DNA of 64,000 nucleotides from Spirochaetia bacterium (lineage in GTDB: Bacteria; Spirochaetota; Spirochaetia; WTKD01; G963693115). This document shows, in pieces, positions 53,777-64,000 of the stretch. The stretch's first letter is position 1, and every line of letters starts with the position of its first letter. The stretch covers positions 544,001 through 608,000 of the forward strand of contig CBDDCA010000006.1 of NCBI GenBank assembly GCA_965226055.1, given 5' to 3'. The translations under genes and the position numbers were made by a program. Under the pieces are notes generated by a model. It was not told the DNA's origin, searched no databases, and worked only from the letters and a program-made list of their open reading frames with translations.

Positions 53777-54510
53777 AAAACGCAGTACGAACGTTTGGTG
53801 TCAATGAAGAATACATTGAAATTAAAATCATAAACAAAAAAAAGGGGAATTTTCTTGGACTTAATAGCAAAGTTACCATTAAAGCTTCCGTTATAGGCAT
53901 TCCTCAAACAGATACCACTGATATTGAAGAGCAGTATGATCCTATGCAAGACACACACAACACTTCCTTCTCTGACAGTGAGCATGCACCTCACAGTACT
54001 CATACAAATACAGCAGCACCATCGCATGCAGTTCCACTTACCCCATTAACCGAACATCAAAAAAAGGAAACTGCTGCAATTATTGAAGCAATAACATCAA
54101 AAATGAATATTGATGTCGATGTTGAGTTTCATAGCATAGATAACCAGCTTTTTGGCTCGCTCATCATTGAAGATGTATCTGATCAAAACCTCCTTATAGG
54201 CAAGCACGGAAAAAATATAGATGCTTTACAAGTAATAGTAAATTCAATTCTTCAAAGAAGATATGATACCCCTCTTGAAAAAGTAGTCATTGAAATTGAA
54301 AATTATCGTAATAAACGTAATAATTGGCTTACCGAACTGGCTCAAAGAAAAGCAGAACAAGTATTAAAATCTAAGAGATCCTATACCCTTGAAGAAATGA
54401 ATCCTTATGATAGAAAACGTATTCATTCAGCAGTAAAAAATATTCCCGGTGTATCCACCGAAAGCATTGGTAACGGATACTATAAACGACTTACTATATA
54501 TAGTGTATAA
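53734..54510 (+). CDS. jag: Jag/KhpB/EloR RNA-binding protein (Jag_N, KH, R3H)
   Basis: LLIGKHGKNIDALQ, DRKRIH, TESIG. Confidence 0.93.
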   Translation: MEKIFEARTEREAVENAVRTFGVNEEYIEIKIINKKKGNFLGLNSKVTIKASVIGIPQTDTTDIEEQYDPMQDTHNTSFSDSEHAPHSTHTNTAAPSHAVPLTPLTEHQKKETAAIIEAITSKMNIDVDVEFHSIDNQLFGSLIIEDVSDQNLLIGKHGKNIDALQVIVNSILQRRYDTPLEKVVIEIENYRNKRNNWLTELAQRKAEQVLKSKRSYTLEEMNPYDRKRIHSAVKNIPGVSTESIGNGYYKRLTIYSV

Positions 54511-54543
54511 TAACTATATCAACTATTTATTATATATATTACT

Positions 54544-55128
54544 ATGAACATTTCTTTTACTCCTACTATTAAAGGGCTTATTTTTGATTTTGATGGCACA
54601 TTAGCAGACTCCATGCCTATCCATTGCGTTGCATGGAAAAAAACTATGCTAAAATATAATATCACCATTACAGACGAAGAACTTGAGGCGTGTCGTGGAC
54701 ACACAAGCAAAGAAATAGCAGAAGCATTTATTACACGCTATGAGTTACAAGAAAACGCAGATGATATATCACAGCAAAAAGGTATACAGTATATTGCCTT
54801 ATTACCTAAAGTAGCACTTATTCCACAAACATACAACATTTTAATGGAATCAAGAGAAAAATATAAAATCGCTATAGGAACAAACGAAGAATGCTCTGTC
54901 TTTCGCCATGTGAGTGAGCATTTTCACCTCTCAGATATAAGCAATGCAGTAGTTTCATGGAATACATCCCTAAAACCGAAACCTCACCCTGATATTTTTC
55001 TTGAATGTGCAACATTACTTGCATTAGAACCACAGCAATGCCATGTATTTGAAGATAGCTCCCATGGAATTGAGGCAGCAAAAAATGCAGGCATGACATA
55101 TACTCACATTGATGATATTATAAAATAA
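54544..55128 (+). CDS. HAD-family phosphatase (YqaB/beta-PGM-like)
   Basis: DFDGTLADS, KPHPD, FEDS..GIEAA. Confidence 0.9.
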   Translation: MNISFTPTIKGLIFDFDGTLADSMPIHCVAWKKTMLKYNITITDEELEACRGHTSKEIAEAFITRYELQENADDISQQKGIQYIALLPKVALIPQTYNILMESREKYKIAIGTNEECSVFRHVSEHFHLSDISNAVVSWNTSLKPKPHPDIFLECATLLALEPQQCHVFEDSSHGIEAAKNAGMTYTHIDDIIK

Positions 55129-55157
55129 TATAGTATTTCTTAATCAAGGTACAAACA

Positions 55158-56561
55158 ATGATAATAATGAAATTTGGTGGAACTTCTGTAAAAGATGCTT
55201 TCATGATACAACAAGTTGGAAACATCATTATAGAACGTGCAAAACAAGAGCCTGTCATAGTCATCTCTTCTGCACTAAAGGGGACTACTGACGATTTACT
55301 CCACGCTGCCGACATTGCCGCTCAAGGAAAAAGTACAAAAAAAAATTTCACTAGCATATATACCAAACATCTTGAAACATGGAACATACTCACTCAACAG
55401 GCTACTATACCACAACATATAGAAAAAACATTTACAGAACTACAAGAACTTCTGCATGGAATACACCTCATAAAAGAATGTACTGCAAGAACCACTGATC
55501 TTATTGTGAGTTTTGGAGAACGATTAAGCTGTCAGCTTATTTCAGAATACCTTACCTTTCAGAATAATACCAACAAAACACCTGATCCTGACCTGTATGC
55601 TACATATGTAGATAGTAGAAACTATATTATCACTGATGACAGTTATGGTGATGCCCGTGTTAATTTTACTATCACAAATAAAAATATCAAACAATTACAA
55701 AAAAAAGTATCAGGCATCCCTATTATCACTGGTTTTATAGGCGCTACAAAAGAAGGAGTTACCACCACACTAGGAAGAAACGGAAGTGATTATACTGCAT
55801 CAATTATTGGTGCAGCACTCCATGCAAAACAAGTGGAGATATGGACTGATGTTGACGGGGTATTAAGTGCTGATCCACGTATTGTAAAAAATTCTTTTGT
55901 CATTCAAAACATCAGTTATTCCGAAGCAATGGAACTTTCCTTTTATGGAGCAAAAGTTATTCATCCTTTGGCTATTGTCCCTGCAGTTAAAAAAAATATC
56001 CCCATTCTCATTAAAAATACCCATAATGTTACCGCAAAAGGAACATGGATACGTAACATTTCTTATAAACAGAACAATCATTCCATTACTGGATTGACTT
56101 CAATTACTAAAAGTAGTCTTCTTACTATTGAAGGAGCAGGGCTTTCGGGTAATTTTTATTTTCTTCCTCGAATATTTAATGTATTTGCACAACATCATTT
56201 ACAGCCACTTATGATAACACAAGCATCAAGTGAACATAGTATCAGCGTTGTATTTGAAGAAAAATCTATACGCTTCATTAAAGAAAAATTAATGTTAGAA
56301 TTTAAAACAGAGTTAGCAAGCGGAAGAATACAAAACATCTCTACTATGAAAAATATTGCTATTATTTCTATTATCGGTTCTAATATGCGTGGATCAATTG
56401 GGCTGGCAGGAAAAGTATTTGCTACCTTAGGAGAAGACGACATCAATATTATTGCTATAGCACAAGGTTCCAATGAAACAAATATCTCTGTAGTGGTGGA
56501 AAGAGACAAAGAGCAACATGTATTACAAACACTTCATAATGAATTTTTTAATAAAAAATAA
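55158..56561 (+). CDS. Aspartate kinase with two ACT domains
   Basis: KFGGTSV, LGRNGSDY, WTDVDG..SADP, two ACT repeats. Confidence 0.95.
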   Translation: MIIMKFGGTSVKDAFMIQQVGNIIIERAKQEPVIVISSALKGTTDDLLHAADIAAQGKSTKKNFTSIYTKHLETWNILTQQATIPQHIEKTFTELQELLHGIHLIKECTARTTDLIVSFGERLSCQLISEYLTFQNNTNKTPDPDLYATYVDSRNYIITDDSYGDARVNFTITNKNIKQLQKKVSGIPIITGFIGATKEGVTTTLGRNGSDYTASIIGAALHAKQVEIWTDVDGVLSADPRIVKNSFVIQNISYSEAMELSFYGAKVIHPLAIVPAVKKNIPILIKNTHNVTAKGTWIRNISYKQNNHSITGLTSITKSSLLTIEGAGLSGNFYFLPRIFNVFAQHHLQPLMITQASSEHSISVVFEEKSIRFIKEKLMLEFKTELASGRIQNISTMKNIAIISIIGSNMRGSIGLAGKVFATLGEDDINIIAIAQGSNETNISVVVERDKEQHVLQTLHNEFFNKK

Positions 56562-56581
56562 TACAATCATCACTAATACAT

Positions 56582-57895
56582 ATGAGATTTATTAGCACAC
56601 GAAATACGCATAAGCCTAACTCTCTATCATTTATACAGTCTATATTTAATGGACTTGCTCCAGATGGAGGATTGTATACACCACATGAAATGCCTCAGCT
56701 ACACTCTTTATTTCATAGCTTTTCTTCTGATATATCATTTATTGAACTAGCAGCAAAAACTACACACGCTCTTTTCCCTCATGAGTTTTCGTTCCAAGAG
56801 AGTATGCAGCTGTGTACAGAAGCATTTCCATTTTCACCAAAACTACAGGAAATTGACACAAGTATATCACTGCTAGAGCTTTTTCACGGACCTTCTTGTG
56901 CCTTCAAGGATTTTGGAGCTTCCTATTTAGCAACAATAATGGATAGACAGCTAGAGAAAGAAAATCGGAGAATTGTTATTCTTGTCGCTACAAGTGGCGA
57001 TACTGGTAGTGCAGTTGCTCAAGCATTTTATAAAAAGAAAAACATAGATGTAGTAATACTCTACCCTTCTAAGCGGGTGAGTGCATTACAAGAATTACAG
57101 TTATGTGGCTTACGAGAGAATATACATAGCTGTGAAGTATTAGGAAACTTTGACGATTGCCAACGCATAGCGAAAGAGGCTTTCATGGATTCTGAGTTTA
57201 GCACAAGCTATTCGTTAAGCTCAGCAAACAGCATCAATATTGGGAGACTCATACCGCAGTCATTCTATTATATATATGCATGGCATCAGCTAAAACATAC
57301 AGATAACTGGCTTTTTTGTACTCCAAGCGGAAACTTTGGTAATCTCACTGCAGGATTATTGGCTATGCAATGGGGATTACCGATACAACATTTCATTGCT
57401 ATTACTAACAGTAACAAAGTAGTCCCTCAATACTTACAGAGTGGCATCTATACTCCTGCTCACTCAATACCTACTATTGCTAACGCTATGGATGTAGGAA
57501 ACCCTAGTAATTTTGAACGTATGCAACACCTCTTTTCACATTCAGTTGAAAAAATGCGAGACACACTCTATGCTACATGGGTACATGACAATGATATATC
57601 ACATGAAATATATGCGGTACATAAAGCACACAACACATTCCTTTGTCCTCATACTGCTGCTGGGACACATGGTGCTCGTAGCATACTACGGTCTCTCACT
57701 GCATCCCGTTATACAAAGGCAATAGTACTAGCAACTGCTCATGCTGGTAAATTTACCGATAGTATAAAAAAAGCTACTGGAGAGTCCCCTATGCTACCAC
57801 AAAGATTAGCTCAATTTTTACATAAAGAAAAAAAATCGTATGTTATAGACGCTACATTAGATGCACTAAAAAAAGTGTTTCATGCTATACTGTAG
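56582..57895 (+). CDS. thrC: Threonine synthase
   Basis: ELFHGPSCAFKDFG, ATSGDTG, NSINIGR, PSGNFGN. Confidence 0.96.
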   Translation: MRFISTRNTHKPNSLSFIQSIFNGLAPDGGLYTPHEMPQLHSLFHSFSSDISFIELAAKTTHALFPHEFSFQESMQLCTEAFPFSPKLQEIDTSISLLELFHGPSCAFKDFGASYLATIMDRQLEKENRRIVILVATSGDTGSAVAQAFYKKKNIDVVILYPSKRVSALQELQLCGLRENIHSCEVLGNFDDCQRIAKEAFMDSEFSTSYSLSSANSINIGRLIPQSFYYIYAWHQLKHTDNWLFCTPSGNFGNLTAGLLAMQWGLPIQHFIAITNSNKVVPQYLQSGIYTPAHSIPTIANAMDVGNPSNFERMQHLFSHSVEKMRDTLYATWVHDNDISHEIYAVHKAHNTFLCPHTAAGTHGARSILRSLTASRYTKAIVLATAHAGKFTDSIKKATGESPMLPQRLAQFLHKEKKSYVIDATLDALKKVFHAIL

Positions 57896-57968
57896 TCTAA
57901 GAAATATATAAGTTTAGAAATAAATACTGCGTATATTATTTCAATATAAAAATAACAAAGGAGTTTTT

Positions 57969-58679
57969 ATGAGTTATCAAATACAAGAAAATACCACTGT
58001 ATATACACAATCTAACGTATCTACAAGAAGTTTGCTAAAAAACACTTTCACATGGATGTTTCTAGGGCTTTTAATTACGGCAGCAGTGGCAGGAATATGC
58101 ATAAGCAACCCAACAATTATGAATTATATTCTACGAAATCCTATGGTGTTAATGGTTGCATTCATTGCAGAACTAGGATTGGTATTTTATTTTAGCTATC
58201 GAATTATGTCATTATCAACACAGGCAGCAATAGGAATATTTTTTCTGTATGCTGCATTAAATGGCTTTACCCTATCTGTGCTACTATACATGTATACTGG
58301 AACAAGTGTACTGCATGTTTTCATTATCAGCGCACTCCTCTTTGGCGGTATGGCATTATATGGGCATATAACAAAAAAAGATCTTTCCTCTTTAGGGTCT
58401 ATGCTTATTATGGGTCTCTGGGGAATTATTATTGCATCAATTGTCAATCTGTTCTTTCGTAGTTCTGGGCTAGCAACATTAATTTCATTTGTTGCAGTTA
58501 TCATCTTTATGGGACTTACTGCATACGATGTTCAAAAAATTAAACGTATTGCCAGTCAAGTTGAAAACGGAAGCACAGTAAACTATGTTCGTATTTCCAT
58601 TTTAGGAGCATTACAATTATACTTAGATTTTATCAATATATTTATATACTTACTCATGCTTCTTGGAAGAAGAAAATAA
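57969..58679 (+). CDS. Bax inhibitor-1/YccA-family membrane protein
   Basis: About 7 TM segments, TAYDVQKI, GALQLYLDFINIF. Confidence 0.93.
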   Translation: MSYQIQENTTVYTQSNVSTRSLLKNTFTWMFLGLLITAAVAGICISNPTIMNYILRNPMVLMVAFIAELGLVFYFSYRIMSLSTQAAIGIFFLYAALNGFTLSVLLYMYTGTSVLHVFIISALLFGGMALYGHITKKDLSSLGSMLIMGLWGIIIASIVNLFFRSSGLATLISFVAVIIFMGLTAYDVQKIKRIASQVENGSTVNYVRISILGALQLYLDFINIFIYLLMLLGRRK

Positions 58680-59020
58680 ACATATAGCGTAGATAAAAGG
58701 AGTAATACTATGAAACCAAAAGATAACAGTGCAAATCAGCAAAATAAAAACAAAAGATGAAAAAACAAATACTAAAGTATCTCACTGATTTGATAAAAAA
58801 ATACTCTGCTTCATCTTAGATGAAACATCATAAATATGAATTTTCTAAAATTTCATAGTTTATTAAAGGCACTTTTTTGATTTACCTTGCACTCCTTTAT
58901 AAATAAAGAGGAAAAAGTACGATTATTCTATTACAAACTAACATCAAGAAGTACAATTAGAGTAAAATAGTTATATAATCATAAACATTTAATAAATAGA
59001 AAATAGGAGAAGTTATAGCT

Positions 59021-60069
59021 ATGGAAAATAATGTGCAGAAAAAACAATTCAAAGATATTGATTTCACTGTTTCTTTTTTTGATTCTCTAAGAGAAGATTA
59101 TGTAGGATTTAATGATTGGACTAAGAAAAAATCAAATGAAGAATGCTTTGTAATCTATACAAATAGTATAATAACAGGCTTTCTTTACTTAAAAAAAGAG
59201 AATGAACCACTAGAGGCTGAAATAAAACTTCCGCAAAAACTAAGATTAAAAATAGGTACATTTAAAATTGTTGCTCATGGAAAAAACTAGGAGAAAGATT
59301 CTTAAAAATAGCATTTGATAAGATGGTATCAGAAAATATAGAAGAAGCATATGTAAGTATATTTCCAAAACATACACTTCTAATACAATTATTTGAGAAC
59401 TATGGATTTCGATTTGAATCTACAAAAAGTACTGCAAGTGGGAAAGAAAACATTTATATAAAGAATATTAAGGAAGTACATCATAACATAATACAGGATT
59501 ATCCATTAATTTCTATCAAAAATAATAAGAAATATTTGTTGTCAATTTATCCTAAATACCATACAAGCATGTTTCCTGATTCAAAACTAACTACTGAGAA
59601 AGATCATGTTGTTCAAGATATATCACACACAAACAGTATTCATAAGGTATATATTTGTGGAATGAAAAATATTGAACATATTAAAAAAGGGGATATATTA
59701 GTTATATACCGAACAAAAGAAGAAAATAAATCAGCAAAGTATAACTCTGTTTTAACTTCAATTTGTACAGTAGAAGAATATAAAAACATAAAAAAGTATA
59801 ATACTTTTGATGAATTTCATAGAGATATATCAAAATACAGTGTATTTAAAAGACAAGAACTAATAGAATTTTATAATACAAAAAGATATCCTCATATTAT
59901 AAAAATGGTATATAACATTGCTTTACCAAAGCGAATTATAAGAAAGGATGCTATACCTTTACTAGATCCTAATAATAAAGCATACTGGGGATTTCTTCCT
60001 ATAGAAGACACTACATTTATAAAATTACTGAAAATGGGAGAAGTCAATGAAAATTTTATTATCAATTAA
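59021..60069 (+). pseudogene. GNAT acetyltransferase with a C-terminal PUA/ASCH-like domain, split by a 1-bp frameshift
   Basis: KIGTFKIVAHG continues in the next frame as KLGERFLKIAFD if one base is added at A6 (59281-59286); later YHTSMFPDS, IHKVYIC, KGDILVIYRT. Confidence 0.8.
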
Positions 60070-60415
60070 ACCAGATTTTGCTAATAAGATATTTACAAAA
60101 AAAAAGAAATTTGAATATAGAAAAAGTATCCCAAAAGGAATAAAAGAAGTTGTAGTGTATGCTTCATCTCCAATAAAAAAAATTATAGGCTCGTTTACTG
60201 TTAAAAAAGTATTAGAAAATACCCCTCAAAAGATATGGAAAAACACCCAACAATTTGCTGGCATAAGCAAATCATTTTTTGATAAATACTATAGAGGAAA
60301 AGAAATAGCGTTGGCTATAGAAATAGATAAAATAAAAAAATTCTCAATAAAAAAAGAACTATCTGAATATCAGATCACAACACCTCCGCAATCCTTTTGT
60401 TATTTGAATACATAA
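60047..60415 (+). CDS. ASCH-domain protein
   Basis: LLSIKPDFA..I...KKFEYRK, VVYASSP, PPQSFCYL; overlaps the GNAT 3' end. Confidence 0.88.
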   Translation: MKILLSIKPDFANKIFTKKKKFEYRKSIPKGIKEVVVYASSPIKKIIGSFTVKKVLENTPQKIWKNTQQFAGISKSFFDKYYRGKEIALAIEIDKIKKFSIKKELSEYQITTPPQSFCYLNT

Positions 60416-60434
60416 TTCTACTTTCTGTTTACCA

Positions 60435-60489
60435 ATTTTTTCTTAGCTCTTTTGTTGCTCCTTTGTCGCATTTAGTCCTTGAATCCGCA
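60435..60489 (-). mobile_element. Solo IS30-family end fragment
   Basis: 60464-60489 identical to the right IR at 51310-51335, with left-end-like interior AAGGAGCAACAAAAGAGC. Confidence 0.85.
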
Positions 60490-60507
60490 AACTGCAACTT
60501 CTCATAT

Positions 60508-60536
60508 TTGCAACTTTTATGAATATACTGTATTAT
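60508..60536 (+). promoter_or_regulatory. Putative sigma70 promoter of the thiamine-related ABC operon
   Basis: TTGCAA-N17-TATTAT just upstream of the riboswitch. Confidence 0.6.
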
Positions 60537-60543
60537 ATACATA

Positions 60544-60632
60544 ATGCAGGGGAGCTATCTATAGCTGAGAGAGTATTATTGATTACTCAACCCTTAGTAC
60601 CTGATCTGGACAATACCAGCGGAGGAAGCGTG
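60544..60632 (+). ncRNA. TPP riboswitch (THI element)
   Basis: GGGG...GCTGAGA...ACCC...ACCTGATCTGGACAATACCAGCGGAGGAA core; upstream of an NMT1/THI5-type ABC system. Confidence 0.92.
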
Positions 60633-61448
60633 AAACAAACGACAGTAACACATAGTGTAAACAAGCATACTCAATCTCATACATTTCCTTTTTCTGTAGG
60701 ACTACGCATAGTTCTCCCTATAATTTTCTTTTCAATCTTTATACTGTTATGGCATATACTGCATAGTACAAACACAGTACCAGCATTCATACTTCCTTCC
60801 CCTGTAAGCATAGCAACTCGTTTTGTAACTGATTTTCATATCTTATTTCCAAACGCCTTTTACACATTATATATTGCTATTATTGGCATACTCTTATCTA
60901 TTATCTGTGCCTTTGTTACTGCTTTACTATTAGATATATTCCATATCTTATATACAGTACTCTACCCCTTTATTCTGCTATTTCAAATGGTACCATCTAT
61001 ACTTTTTGCACCCCTTTTAGTACTATTCTTTGGGTACGGAACAATTACAAAACTAATAATCATCGTACTTATGTGTTTTTTTCCTATTCTTGTTACTCTT
61101 TTACAGGGATTTAAGTTTGTATCATTAAAGCATATACAGCTTTTACAAACAATGGGAGCAAATGCGTGGCAAATATATTATTGGGTAAAAATTCCAAGTG
61201 CATTAAGCCAGCTATTTTCTGGGCTACGACTAGCAGTGAGCTATGCAATGACAGCTTCCATTATCAGTGAATGGGTAAGTTCTATACAAGGCTTAGGATA
61301 TATTATGATACAAAGTCAGCGTTCTTTTATTAGTGAACGAATATACGCTATTATCATAATAATTTTCATATTGAGTATTGGACTTTACTCGCTTGTTCTA
61401 TTGCTAGAATATATATGTATCCCTACAAAAAGACATACTGAACAATAA
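60630..61448 (+). CDS. ABC permease, ThiX/SsuC-like
   Basis: ILPSP, FFPI, TMGA..WQIY..VKIP; start re-called at GTG 60630 after GGAGG. Confidence 0.88.
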   Translation: MKQTTVTHSVNKHTQSHTFPFSVGLRIVLPIIFFSIFILLWHILHSTNTVPAFILPSPVSIATRFVTDFHILFPNAFYTLYIAIIGILLSIICAFVTALLLDIFHILYTVLYPFILLFQMVPSILFAPLLVLFFGYGTITKLIIIVLMCFFPILVTLLQGFKFVSLKHIQLLQTMGANAWQIYYWVKIPSALSQLFSGLRLAVSYAMTASIISEWVSSIQGLGYIMIQSQRSFISERIYAIIIIIFILSIGLYSLVLLLEYICIPTKRHTEQ

Positions 61449-61492
61449 AATACATACAATAAATATCAATAATAAAAAAATAAGGAGTTATT

Positions 61493-62524
61493 ATGAAAGA
61501 TATAATTAAAAAAGTAGTGTTTTTACTACTATGTGTTTCTTTTTCTCATATGCTATCATTTGCCACAGGAACATCTGATAATCAAACAACAAATAATGAG
61601 AATAAGCTACAAAACAAAGAGCCATTCAAAATACGTCTTGTACTTGATTGGACACCTAACACTAACCATATAGGTGCTTTTGTAGCAAAAGAAAAAGGAT
61701 TTTTCAAAAACAGAAATTTACATGTCGAAATCATTCCTTTCTCAGAGAATACTACAGAATTACTCATAGGAAATAATCAAGCTGAATTTGGATTCTCATA
61801 CCAAGAAGCCTTTACCTTTGCTCGTGCATCAGACGCTCCCATCCCTATCGTAGCGGTAGCAGCAGTCATACAGCATAATACTTCAGGATTTGCTTCATTA
61901 AAAAGTAAAAATATACAAAGCCCTAAAGATTATATAGGAAAAAAATACGGAGCTTTTGGCTCACCTATTGAAAAAGCAGTCATTAGCACTCTTTTACATC
62001 CATATAATAGTTCTGCAGACGATGTATTATTTGTTCAAGCAGGAGCACTTGATTTTTTTACTGCCATTGAAAAAGGAATATACGATTTTGCATGGATATT
62101 TGAAGGATGGACAGGCATTGAAGCAACCATTCGTAATAAATCCCTTGATTTTCAGCTATTAAAAGATTATGATCCAGCGCTTGATTATTATACTCCCATT
62201 ATTATTAGCTCCGAAAATTTTCTTGCTACACATCCAAACATAGCACGAGATTTTATGCAATCCTTAAAAGAAGGATATGAGTGGACAATAAAAAATAGCA
62301 CAGAAGCAGCGACTATCCTTATAAAGCATGAACCTTCCTTAGATAGTACCTTAGTAAAAGAAAGCCTTATATATCTTGCTCCACGTTTCCAAGACAATGC
62401 TGAGTATTGGGGAAAAATGGAAGATACAGTATGGCTACAGTTTACCCAGTGGTTACAGAAAAATAATTTTATAGCGAAAGACTTTACTATTGAAGGGTCA
62501 TATACAAATACATATATTAAATAG
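61493..62524 (+). CDS. NMT1/THI5-like substrate-binding protein (ThiY-like)
   Basis: LDWTPNTNH.G, QHNTSGF, LDYYTPII. Confidence 0.92.
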   Translation: MKDIIKKVVFLLLCVSFSHMLSFATGTSDNQTTNNENKLQNKEPFKIRLVLDWTPNTNHIGAFVAKEKGFFKNRNLHVEIIPFSENTTELLIGNNQAEFGFSYQEAFTFARASDAPIPIVAVAAVIQHNTSGFASLKSKNIQSPKDYIGKKYGAFGSPIEKAVISTLLHPYNSSADDVLFVQAGALDFFTAIEKGIYDFAWIFEGWTGIEATIRNKSLDFQLLKDYDPALDYYTPIIISSENFLATHPNIARDFMQSLKEGYEWTIKNSTEAATILIKHEPSLDSTLVKESLIYLAPRFQDNAEYWGKMEDTVWLQFTQWLQKNNFIAKDFTIEGSYTNTYIK

Positions 62525-62558
62525 GCATATTACCCTTTATTATTTCCATATATTGATC

Positions 62559-63350
62559 ATGCAAAAAATACACAATAAGCACACGACATTACAATCATTA
62601 TGTTTACACAATATTCAATTTAGTTTTTCTTCAAACAAAAGAGAAAGCAAGAACAAGAAAGGAGCGCAAAAAAAAATAATTGATCATTTCTCGTTGCAAA
62701 CAGAACAAGGAGACATTATCGCACTCCTCGGAAGAAGTGGGAGTGGAAAAAGCACCTTACTTCGTATTATTGCAGGACTGCTTGAACCACAACAGGGAAC
62801 AATAGTGTTAAACAATACACCATTTCGTCATCGATTAGGAAAAGTAGGGTATATGCCTCAACAAGATATGCTGTTCCCTTGGCTTACTATAACACATAAT
62901 ATTGCACTTCCATTACAAATACAAAAATACTCTAAGGCTCAATCTCAATCTATTGCACAATCGTTATTAAAAGAATTTGATCTTCACTCATATGCTCATG
63001 CGTATCCACAACAGCTTTCAGGAGGGATGTGTCAAAGAATATCACTCTTGAGAAGTTTAGTAAGCCGTAATAGTATAGTACTCCTTGATGAACCCTTTTC
63101 TCACCTTGATTACTTTAATCGTTATGAATGTCTTTCTTGGTCAAAAAAAGTATTAAAGAAAATGCAACCAATAGTACTATATGTTTCACATGATATTGAT
63201 GAAGCGTTAGCATTTGCAACCAGAATACTTGTTGTCTCAAACAATACCATGACTATACTATACGATACACAGCTCAAACATACTACTCACAACACTGAAC
63301 AGATAAAACAGTCTATCATATCTTTGCTTGCACAAGATACAAGTACTTAG
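62559..63350 (+). CDS. ABC ATP-binding protein, ThiZ/SsuB-like
   Basis: GRSGSGKST, GYMPQQD.LFPW, LSGGMCQR, LLDEPF; start uncertain. Confidence 0.9.
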   Translation: MQKIHNKHTTLQSLCLHNIQFSFSSNKRESKNKKGAQKKIIDHFSLQTEQGDIIALLGRSGSGKSTLLRIIAGLLEPQQGTIVLNNTPFRHRLGKVGYMPQQDMLFPWLTITHNIALPLQIQKYSKAQSQSIAQSLLKEFDLHSYAHAYPQQLSGGMCQRISLLRSLVSRNSIVLLDEPFSHLDYFNRYECLSWSKKVLKKMQPIVLYVSHDIDEALAFATRILVVSNNTMTILYDTQLKHTTHNTEQIKQSIISLLAQDTST

Positions 63351-63425
63351 AGAGTACTGTTTTCGCATTACTATCTCTATTACATAAACATTGCGTAAAT
63401 ATATAGTGAAAGCTATACTATAAAA

Positions 63426-64000
63426 GTGAATATTCGTTGTTTACAAATTATTACAAGAATGTACAAAGGAGGAGCAGAAGAAGCAGTATTGCAACTCATT
63501 CGCCATCTCGCACAATATAACATACACTGTGATTTAGCAATAGGCAATGTATTACAAGAAGAAATATTTGAAAAATTTCCTCTTCCTTCTTCATGCTCAA
63601 TTTTTAAGGTTTCTCATATGCAACGTAATCCCAATCCTATACAGGATATACAGGCAATACAACAACTAAAGCACATTATACAAAAAAATAACTATGACAT
63701 AGTACATACCCATACTGCAAAAGCAGGCATTTTAGGACGATATGCAGCATATAAAACAAATGTCAAAACTATCCTTCATACTGTTCATACACTCACCTTT
63801 GGAAATACATTTCATCCCTTAACACGCATTATATATAAATCGCTTGAAAAATGGGCAAGTAAGTTTACAAAGCATTTTATTTTCGTATCTCGTGATCTAC
63901 AAAATAAATATTTGAAAGAACATATTACAACGGAAAAAAAATCATCAACTATATATGTAGGTACTGAGCTACAACAATTTAGAGAGGCTGCACATATTCC
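63426..64000 (+). CDS. Glycosyltransferase family 4, 5' part (runs off window)
   Basis: Manual translation VNIRCLQIITRMYKGGAEE...DIVHTHTAKAGILGR; TTGCGT-N17-TATACT-N6-GTG. Confidence 0.88.
   Translation, partial: MNIRCLQIITRMYKGGAEEAVLQLIRHLAQYNIHCDLAIGNVLQEEIFEKFPLPSSCSIFKVSHMQRNPNPIQDIQAIQQLKHIIQKNNYDIVHTHTAKAGILGRYAAYKTNVKTILHTVHTLTFGNTFHPLTRIIYKSLEKWASKFTKHFIFVSRDLQNKYLKEHITTEKKSSTIYVGTELQQFREAAHI

Noticed and set aside
44212-60489. Composite transposon bounded by the inward-facing IS30 ends at 44212 and 60489
   Set aside because: The span includes core genes (rpmH, rnpA, yidC) and the flanks show no direct target duplication; independent scars are more likely

Overview
AT-rich bacterial chromosome window, most likely from a spirochaete (L34 ending VSDEKKPY, stand-alone EF-G with EYSMEF motif, spirochaetal-type lipobox). 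Core content: polyol ABC/dehydrogenase operon, carD, an outer-membrane protein, fusA, a hexuronate catabolic cluster (uxuA/uxuB/TRAP/eda/kdgK/uxaC), a GH2 beta-galactosidase with sugar ABC genes, rpmH-rnpA-yidC-jag, aspartokinase-thrC, and a TPP-riboswitch-controlled thiamine-precursor ABC transporter. Accessory content: a lipoprotein whose promoter has an A15 tract in the -35/-10 spacer; an Mrr-like nuclease; a type III R-M system with a G15 tract that shifts mod out of frame; a DUF4747-like + 4TM gene pair (candidate uncharacterised defence module); three tandem diverging sugar-binding proteins separated by hsdS relics; an island with an orphan RelE-like toxin; an IS30 nested at the tip of an IS1595, plus three solo IS30 ends; and a frameshifted GNAT + ASCH pair. 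Nine genes, eight of them accessory, show a leaderless layout (-10 box, 6 nt, start codon). All calls come from reading the sequence and recalling motifs; no searches were run.
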